Origin: a bacterium | Lineage (GTDB): Bacteria; AUK180 | Direction: 5' to 3' | DNA: 64,000 nt | Assembly: GCA_023133295.1 (NCBI GenBank) | Contig: JAGLWT010000133.1 | Location: forward strand, 5,054 to 69,053 | Shown: positions 17,516 through 24,690 of the stretch, one piece after another | How the letters are laid out: each line of letters begins with the position of its first letter | Position numbering within the stretch: the first letter of the stretch is position 1 | Program-made: the position numbers and the translations under genes | Notes under the pieces: generated by a model | Database searches by the model: none | What the model was told of the DNA's origin: nothing | The model's input: the letters and a program-made list of their open reading frames with translations, nothing else

Positions 17516-17571
17516 AGGATCCACCCGTTCTTTTTACACACCACACATCACACGCCAAAGGGTGGATCCAG
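17516..17571. terminator. Perfect 10-bp inverted repeat (GGATCCACCC ... GGGTGGATCC) with a 33-nt CA-rich loop, lying between convergent genes
   Basis: Seen directly at 17517-17526 and 17560-17569. No U-tract follows, so it is a stable hairpin candidate for a terminator or regulatory structure rather than a canonical intrinsic terminator. Confidence 0.35.
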
Positions 17572-17753
17572 TAAACCAAGGAACAAGGTTCAACGACCGA
17601 AACTTCAATTGACATTTTGTAGAGTTGCGAAGTATCATTCGGACATTATTTATAAGTAAATTGCATTTGCTCATAATTCAAGGAAATATTCCTGAAAGCA
17701 TGTTACTTTTTCACAAGTTCTCAGAAAAATAACAGAAAACTCACCAGTAAAGA

Positions 17754-19352
17754 TTAATTAAATATTTTTTTATTCCTAGCAAACCAGTGAATGATTTCAT
17801 ATGCTGGTTTAAATCTAATAATTTTATCTAAGTTTGGCAGGAGTGAAATTTTACACAAGTCTCTAGCGAAATTCACATCATAGATAAGAGGACATATAAA
17901 TATATCTCCTTGATCTATATCGGAAGCGTCAAAAATAAATTCGATTACTTTTCTTTCATGATATAATGCCGCAGCGCGCCAGATAAATTTCGGAAGTGGA
18001 TTAGTTAATAGATCTATCGTTATTTTATTTCTCTCGCAAAAAAGCTCTGTTTTAAATCTATTTGAAGGAGAAAGGTATATATCCCACTCAAATGCTTCAT
18101 TGAACCTTTCCTTAAATGGTCCTTCGAGAATTAATGGTCCGATTAGTTCTTCTATGCAAACAATTATCTCCTGAATAATTTCATATTGAATTCTGATTTT
18201 ATGATATAAAGGTATTTGTAATAGTAAGGGAATTGCTAGTACCTTATTGGGCTTATGACTATTATTGATCCAAGATGTTGTTAAGTTATAATATTCATTT
18301 GTATTATTAATTGCTTTACCATAGATCGATTTAATCCTAATTGTTTGATTTCCAAATTCCATTCGAGCAAATGGACCAATCTGATCATCATGTACAAATA
18401 TTTTATTTATTCTAGAAGCTCGAAGTTTGATAGTTTTGCTATATGCATCAGGTTTTTTATCACTTAAATTGTAACCAGTTATTGCAACGCCATGACTCCC
18501 AAAGACATCATTAATATTACTGTCAATATTTATTAGTTGCATCCCTAAAAATAAAGGAATGTTGCATTTGATATATGCATATAGATTACTTTTCAATATG
18601 AAAGGGTCATTTTTTACTTTAATGGAGAAAGGTTCTAAATTTACCTTCTTGATTGCGTGTGCAATTTGTTCACCATTAAGTCCTTTATTTGGAAAAGTCC
18701 GAGTTTCCATTGGAGAAAGAGAGGTTGCAGATTCGGTTATCTTAACCGGAGAAGGAATCTCATGATGAAATAATATTCCAGTACCATGGAATACTGACCA
18801 CAGTGCACTCGTTGCACACGCTGCAACAATTCGATCCTGTTCTTGAAAAGCAAGACTCTCAATAATAAGGTTAATGCCAAAAAGATTTACCTTATATTCT
18901 CTTATAATTGGATAGAATCTATTTTGTTTCTTTGGATATGTTACTAAACATGTTCTACCAAAGATTGTATCTGGTAAGGGTTTAATTACAATGAAACCCA
19001 GATAATGCTTTTGTAGCTTCTTTTGAGTAATTATTTTATCATCCCCAGAAAGAAAATTCATAAATTGGTCTTTTGTAAAAGATATTTTTTTAAAAAAGTG
19101 AATTCTTCGACACCGTCGCTCATAGAGTTTAAAACACCTAACGTAATAAGATGAATAATCTTCTAAATAGTCTTTATCAATATAAACGTTTTCAACAATC
19201 ATAGTCTTAGAATTGACTTTACTGAAATACTCTCGAAAATATCCCCAAATATATTTATTTATAAGAAGTCTCTTATTTACGGTAGTGTCTTTTGAAATTA
19301 AATTCCTTAATTTCTCAATTGAAAATTTTTCAACGTTTAAGATCGAATCCAA
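17754..19352 (-). CDS. Hypothetical protein (532 aa) with a possible papain-fold (C39-like / BtrH_N-like) peptidase domain
   Basis: Strongly AT-rich ORF. Candidate catalytic Cys in DRIVAACATSALWSVFHG and candidate His in GSHGVAITGYN ... IFVHDD, spaced as in C39/BtrH_N-like cysteine peptidases. Assignment is tentative. Confidence 0.35.
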   Translation of the reverse strand: MDSILNVEKFSIEKLRNLISKDTTVNKRLLINKYIWGYFREYFSKVNSKTMIVENVYIDKDYLEDYSSYYVRCFKLYERRCRRIHFFKKISFTKDQFMNFLSGDDKIITQKKLQKHYLGFIVIKPLPDTIFGRTCLVTYPKKQNRFYPIIREYKVNLFGINLIIESLAFQEQDRIVAACATSALWSVFHGTGILFHHEIPSPVKITESATSLSPMETRTFPNKGLNGEQIAHAIKKVNLEPFSIKVKNDPFILKSNLYAYIKCNIPLFLGMQLINIDSNINDVFGSHGVAITGYNLSDKKPDAYSKTIKLRASRINKIFVHDDQIGPFARMEFGNQTIRIKSIYGKAINNTNEYYNLTTSWINNSHKPNKVLAIPLLLQIPLYHKIRIQYEIIQEIIVCIEELIGPLILEGPFKERFNEAFEWDIYLSPSNRFKTELFCERNKITIDLLTNPLPKFIWRAAALYHERKVIEFIFDASDIDQGDIFICPLIYDVNFARDLCKISLLPNLDKIIRFKPAYEIIHWFARNKKIFN

Positions 19353-19382
19353 TTGTTTCTCAATTTACCAATGGTTACGTAC

Positions 19383-19559
19383 CTAAATATTTAGAACCTC
19401 TGTAAGATTCTTTTTGTTTGGACGACTCATTATCTTTATTTTATTTAGCATCTCTGTTGAATGTTTTCTTGATTGCTTTAATGCTTTCTTTCCTTCCTTT
19501 GATAATATCCATTCTCGAGCTTTTTCCCCTAAATCCTTACTTGCAATTTTTCTCACCAT
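19383..19559 (-). CDS. Small basic hypothetical protein (58 aa), absent from the ORF track
   Basis: MVRKIASKDLGEKAREWILSKEGKKALKQSRKHSTEMLNKIKIMSRPNKKNLTEVLNI. A GAGGAA Shine-Dalgarno-like sequence sits 5 nt upstream of the ATG. Lies between the C39-like gene and the IS element. Confidence 0.2.
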   Translation of the reverse strand: MVRKIASKDLGEKAREWILSKEGKKALKQSRKHSTEMLNKIKIMSRPNKKNLTEVLNI

Positions 19560-19599
19560 AATTTCCTCAATTAATTTCCTAGTGAATTATAGATTAATT

Positions 19600-20792
19600 T
19601 ATTCAATTAGTCAAGCCTGTGATTGATGCCATAACATATTGGACTTTTGCGTCCGATCCATAAAGTTCTCCATATAATACTCCATCGGAGACATTTTTGC
19701 AAGGCCTGAATGTGGTTTCTCTGTATTGTACCATATGAGATATTCCATCAAGCCCACATTGAATTCCTCAACGTCCTCAAGCTCATCCAGATGAGGATAA
19801 ATATACTGACTGCTGATCGTTTTGTTATAGCTTTCGATATATGCGTTCATCTTAGGTCTTCTCGGGTAGTTGTAATAGTGTATCATTTCTGTATCGCTGA
19901 TATATTTTGCGAAGTACTTCATGAACTCACTGCCGTTATCCGTTTGTATTCTTTTGATCTCAAAGGGAAAAGCTCTTTGGAGTTTGATAAGAAAGTCTTT
20001 TGCCTGTGCGGAACTTTTGCTTCTGTATGCGAAGGCGAAAGCGATTCGTGTTTTAAGGTCAACAGCGGTAATGACATATCTTTTCAACCCGAAAACAAAG
20101 CGTTCCACCGTATCCATCTGAACAAGATCTCCGGGCTTCTCAGGCTGATATTTTCCTCTTCTGAGCTTCTTTTTCTTTTTTGATAGCCTTTTATTCACTT
20201 TCATCGTTTTTGCGTTATATGTGAGTTTTGTATGATGATCAGCAAGACGGCCTGATTCTTTCAGATCCCTGATCAACCTGGCTATCGTGGAAGTCGACAG
20301 CAGCTTTGATCCGTTTTCTCCACAATACTTGTCCAGTCCTTTTTTAACGGCATCCTGGCAAACTCCGGGGTGGGCACGGCGATATTCAAGAATGAATTGC
20401 ATGACTTCAGGCGGGCATTCTCTTTTTCTTCTGTTTTTCGGCGCACGGGAACCCGGAGCAAGGGCGATCAGCCTGCCGCTGGAATCTTCTAATTTCTTTT
20501 TCCATTGATAGAATGTGGACCTGGAAATATGGAAGGCATCCAGAGTAGCATCAAGACCATGACGGGAACGAAAGTTCAGTATCTCCAGACGGCGGTCTAT
20601 TTCTGCTTTTTCCGAATGACTTACATACTCGTGATAGTCTGATTGATACCATAACCTATTGGACTTTTGCTTCCGATCCATAGAGTTCTCCATATAATAC
20701 TCCATCAGAGACATTTTTACTCGCCCCGAAGGGAGTTTCTCCGTATTGCACCGTATGAGACATTCTGTCAAGTCGATATAGAATTTTCCCAA
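19600..20792 (-). mobile_element. IS481-family insertion sequence (DDE transposase), preceded by a duplicated copy of its own 3' end
   Basis: The ORF 19611-20792 encodes an N-terminal HTH (LDAFHISRSTFYQWKKK) and an rve DDE integrase core (RIQTDNGSEFMKYF ... YIESYNKTI ... LIWYNTEKPHSGL). A ~135-nt segment at 19612-19745 (the C-terminus) is repeated at ~85% identity at 20636-20772, in frame at the 5' end. Confidence 0.75.
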
Positions 20793-21324
20793 AATCTGTA
20801 GTTATTAGCAAACCCTTACTATCTCATATACAGGGACAAAATTGTCCCTTTTTGGAGGTTCCATGAAAACAACATCTTGTTTTTTACTTGCTGCCTCAGA
20901 GATAGCTGAGGCATTTTGCACAGCCACTAAAGTATATGGCTTTATTGAGAATTTTGGAGAAACGAAGGATAAACCGTTGCGAATATGGCTTGAGGCTCTT
21001 GAGATCATTTGTAGCTTAATCAGTCTCATCCCCGCCTATGAAGATTCAAAATAGCCGCAGTTCTGCTCTCAATACTTAAGGAGGTGTATCTTGTGAAATT
21101 TTGGCTAGATGTCTGATAGACAATCCTTATTTCCCCGGAGGAAATATTGTATTCATTGCATTCTTTCTTATGATGATTAAATTATTAGTGCGGGCGCCTT
21201 TAATGTTAGCAAACTGATTTAATAGATCTAGAGGAACATACTTATGCGACGGAATCCATCGCATCATTTATGCGGTATATCTGAAGAGAAATGTGCGATC
21301 TCTGAGATTGCAGTATTGAAAATA

Positions 21325-22905
21325 CTATGTTACCCACTTTAAATTGATATTCCAATCACCTTCATTATAATTTAAATGTTTATTTCCACTTGGATAAATG
21401 CAGATACTAGGCCAATTCGCACATATTTTGAATCTTGGGGAAGTATTAAATGGAAATTTTTGATTTCTTTCTTCAAGATCAGAATTCCGCACTTTCTCAA
21501 TCTTGATACCGCAGAAGTCCCCACTAATCAAATTTCTAAACAAGACTCCCTCTACTTCAAGCCAGTAAATATAGCCCCCTCCTCGTATATTCATACATAA
21601 TGGTAATGAAAACTTTCTAAATTCTTCTCCAATGTTTTTATCAGAAATCTTGTCTAAGACAAATCCCCAACCGTTGAATAAAGAAATATTTTTATTTAAT
21701 TGGCTAAGAATGCGTAATGACTGTAAATCCTCCTCACACGAATCCTTAAGTTCCCATAATGATGGATTCAAGCATTCAAAATGTTTAAGATCTTTTAAAT
21801 ATTTTACTAACCACCCATACGCCTGCAAATTGAATGAATCTGTGGGTAATGTGTACTTCTCAACTCCAAATTGAATTTTTGATTCTCCTATGCAGTTTTC
21901 TAAAAAAGCACACAATTTAGGATATTTCAATATTGGAGTGTCTGCTTTTTCATCTATTTGACTTCTTGTGGTATGAACATATTCACCATCATGTAACTCA
22001 CGATTTGATATTACTAATGCTAGTCCAGATTGATGGTAATATCCAAAATGTGTTTTAGTCCTTCTATACATAAAATCACATCCTACTTCTTTCTCGCCAT
22101 TATTAGAAGTTAATTTTACAATTTTTCCTGTTTCAAAACTCGGCGCAGTTATTAACACTTTTGTTGGGAGATATTCAAATGCAGTCAATAGGTCATCTTT
22201 GAGTGGTAATTTCTGTAACCTACGTGATATTAAAGCGGGCTTCCCAAAAGCAGCTTTCATTATAACTTCTTCAACTTTGGGGAGGTGAGTATTATATTGA
22301 TCTTCCCAATTAGCCAGTTGAATAATTGAATATGTTTGATCTGGATTTTGGATTATTTGTAATCTTGATTCAGGAATAGCATATTGCAAATAGTATTTTC
22401 GAATATTCATTTTTATATTATCCAAATATTCAGGTTCTTTCATTCTAGATATCTCATTTTTAATTATATTTATGTCGCTAATACAATTTTTAAAGCTTAT
22501 CCTTTTAGTTTCTCTATCGCTATTAATAAAATTTATAATTTCTTTAATAAAACCATCAGTTTGAAATCTAAAAGCTACACAGTAATCTTTTTTTGGGTGT
22601 TTATAAAGTAAAACCAATATGAAAGGAAAATCACAAGTTAAAAATAGTTTTGCATCAGCCTTATTAATTTCAGCATAAGGATTTTTTTTATTCAAAGTTG
22701 AACGAACAAAAAAGGCAACGAATTTCGGAGGAATTTTTTTTATTCCTGGTGAAATTTCTTTTCCGATTATTTGACATATAAAATCTATCCCAAAATCATT
22801 AGTTAATTTTTCTGCTAAAAGATTTAATTCACTAGATGCAAAATACCGAATATAATGTTCAGCATCAATCCCTAATTTTTGACTTGCAGTAATTTTCTTT
22901 TCCAT
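21325..22905 (-). CDS. DUF4365-like (restriction-endonuclease-fold) N-terminal domain protein with a ~400-aa C-terminal region of unknown function; candidate defence protein
   Basis: Start chosen at MEKKITASQ (22905), which has a perfect Shine-Dalgarno AAGGAGG 9 nt upstream. The N-terminal ~130 aa carry the DUF4365 pattern NDFGIDFICQII ... KFVAFFVRSTLNKKNPY ... KLFLTCDFPFILVLLYK (compare D-Y-G-I-D ... v.vQ.KS in DUF4365). AT-rich. Confidence 0.5.
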   Translation of the reverse strand: MEKKITASQKLGIDAEHYIRYFASSELNLLAEKLTNDFGIDFICQIIGKEISPGIKKIPPKFVAFFVRSTLNKKNPYAEINKADAKLFLTCDFPFILVLLYKHPKKDYCVAFRFQTDGFIKEIINFINSDRETKRISFKNCISDINIIKNEISRMKEPEYLDNIKMNIRKYYLQYAIPESRLQIIQNPDQTYSIIQLANWEDQYNTHLPKVEEVIMKAAFGKPALISRRLQKLPLKDDLLTAFEYLPTKVLITAPSFETGKIVKLTSNNGEKEVGCDFMYRRTKTHFGYYHQSGLALVISNRELHDGEYVHTTRSQIDEKADTPILKYPKLCAFLENCIGESKIQFGVEKYTLPTDSFNLQAYGWLVKYLKDLKHFECLNPSLWELKDSCEEDLQSLRILSQLNKNISLFNGWGFVLDKISDKNIGEEFRKFSLPLCMNIRGGGYIYWLEVEGVLFRNLISGDFCGIKIEKVRNSDLEERNQKFPFNTSPRFKICANWPSICIYPSGNKHLNYNEGDWNINLKWVT

Positions 22906-22974
22906 GATATTATTCCTCCTTTTAGTAGATTCGTCGCGATTGCTTTTTATACCCATAAGCACCTCCTTAAGTTA

Positions 22975-23334
22975 TTATTTGTTGTTTATGAATGATAATA
23001 AATTATCCAGCATCAGCCTTGCTTCCTCTATATCAACTGAGGTAACTTTTCTCAGGAAATTTATTGCCTTCAGGCATTCGAGGATCGCTTTCTCTTTGTC
23101 TTCCGCGGTCAGGATCTTTTCAAGACACTTGATCGCATTGGATATATGGTGACTTTCCTTTTTATCAACATCAAGGTCATTCAGCATTTCAATAATATCC
23201 GAGTTCAAGGTTTCAGGATCATATGATACCGACTCAGTGAACTCAAAAGGTTCTTCTTGTTCATAAATCTGCTCCTCAATATCTTCACTGTCGCTAACTG
23301 TAGAATCAGTCTCCTTTCTCATCGTTGCTTTCAC
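22975..23334 (-). CDS. Small acidic hypothetical protein (119 aa); its 5' end duplicates an internal segment of the upstream RHS gene
   Basis: Begins MKATMRKETDSTVSDSEDIEEQ... The first ~20 codons and the ~30 nt upstream (23300-23365) match RHS gene 25773-25830 (YNEDNRIVKATMRKET) before diverging. The remainder is highly acidic. Confidence 0.45.
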   Translation of the reverse strand: MKATMRKETDSTVSDSEDIEEQIYEQEEPFEFTESVSYDPETLNSDIIEMLNDLDVDKKESHHISNAIKCLEKILTAEDKEKAILECLKAINFLRKVTSVDIEEARLMLDNLLSFINNK

Positions 23335-23424
23335 TATCCCGTTATCTTCATTATACCTAAATAATCATATTCGTAATTACTCTCAATACCGTCCTCATCG
23401 ATCATTTTTACTCTATTCCCAGGA

Positions 23425-24690
23425 CTATCTATGTTTGTCGTAAAATTCTTCTAATTTATATATGCGACACTTGTCAGTTCCGAAGAGAATAACTTGTTCG
23501 TCGGTTGTCATCACCCGCTCAACCTTATAATCAAAATCAAAAACCTTTTCCTCGCCATCTTCGAGGCGGTAAGTATAAATTTTATTCTCTAAGATCAGGA
23601 AGATCCTATCTTTGTAGATAAAGTCCGCCTCGTCGCGAAAAGATACCGGCGGTATTTCTTTCTGCCATAAAAGCCTACCATTTTTCAAATTGAAAACTTC
23701 ATAGCATTGCTTGGTGATCTTGTTATAATGTGCAGTAGCAACTCCGGTCCATTCTTCATCCGCTTTAAATCTTCTTTGAATTATCTTATTTCCAATAATA
23801 TCTGTTGTTGCAATTCCGTCCTTGTTCTTGCTCGGATATAAGTCCAGCTTCTGTTTTCTGTCGAATAGGAGCTTCCGCTTTTTCAGATCATAGACTGAAA
23901 AATGGGCAATGGGCACTCCGTCTTTCTTCTTATCAGGAGATTGAATCACATGTACCAAGTAGTGTGAAATTACATCAATAATTCCCTCTCTGTGATTAGA
24001 GTAGCCAATTTTCTTTAAATACCTTTTTAACTTAGGATTTGCAAAGTTCCGGATTTCCCAATTTTCCATATCAATCATTGTGGTTTGAAAATCATTTCGG
24101 AATTGATACAACCATATTATTTCCTCATTTTCTACACCAAGCCGCCAATAAGCAACTAATTTCTGGAAAAGTATATTAAAATCAACATCGGTAATAATTA
24201 ATTTTGAATATAGATGAGAAAAAATAATTTTATCTAAATGTTTCTGATAACCACCGTAATAGCCGTTTAAGAGTTTTGAAATATGAGAAGTATTGTCCAA
24301 TTCAAATTTCTTTGTCTCTTCATTAAAGGTATAAATTTCTAAATTCGTTTGTCTTTCTATTCTCCCTTCTTTAGGTGGTATATACAAGATCCTATTAGAG
24401 TCTGCAAAATTAAAGTTACTGGTTTTCTTCCCCTTACTTCCCTTAAAGTCCATGAGGATATTTTGAGGCATGGATAACCTTATTCTTTCAGGAAGAAGAA
24501 TCCAGTTCTTGGATCCTTCAAAGTTGATTTTTACGAAAGCGGCTTGACTCTGATTCTGTGAAGTTATGGATCCTCTTGGCTGAACCAATTTATACTCACT
24601 ATAGGTAATTTCGTCATATGAGTATATGTTACATGTAATTAAAAAGATAATAACAAACAAAGGTATTCTCTTATTCATCTCTTTCCTCAT
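23425..24690 (-). CDS. Secreted hypothetical protein (~420 aa); candidate immunity or partner protein of the RHS toxin
   Basis: Signal peptide MNKRIPLFVIIFLITCNIYS. The ORF as drawn (to 24708) overlaps the RHS stop at 24671, suggesting translational coupling. No recognisable catalytic motif. Confidence 0.5.
   Translation of the reverse strand: MRKEMNKRIPLFVIIFLITCNIYSYDEITYSEYKLVQPRGSITSQNQSQAAFVKINFEGSKNWILLPERIRLSMPQNILMDFKGSKGKKTSNFNFADSNRILYIPPKEGRIERQTNLEIYTFNEETKKFELDNTSHISKLLNGYYGGYQKHLDKIIFSHLYSKLIITDVDFNILFQKLVAYWRLGVENEEIIWLYQFRNDFQTTMIDMENWEIRNFANPKLKRYLKKIGYSNHREGIIDVISHYLVHVIQSPDKKKDGVPIAHFSVYDLKKRKLLFDRKQKLDLYPSKNKDGIATTDIIGNKIIQRRFKADEEWTGVATAHYNKITKQCYEVFNLKNGRLLWQKEIPPVSFRDEADFIYKDRIFLILENKIYTYRLEDGEEKVFDFDYKVERVMTTDEQVILFGTDKCRIYKLEEFYDKHR

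Noticed and set aside
20805-21054. Two overlapping small ORFs (20805-21029 minus, 20842-21054 plus) in the 530-bp gap between the IS and the DUF4365-like gene
   Set aside because: They are mutually exclusive, neither has a convincing RBS or motif, and the region is more plausibly IS-flanking non-coding DNA. One could be real, which is why it is noted here.
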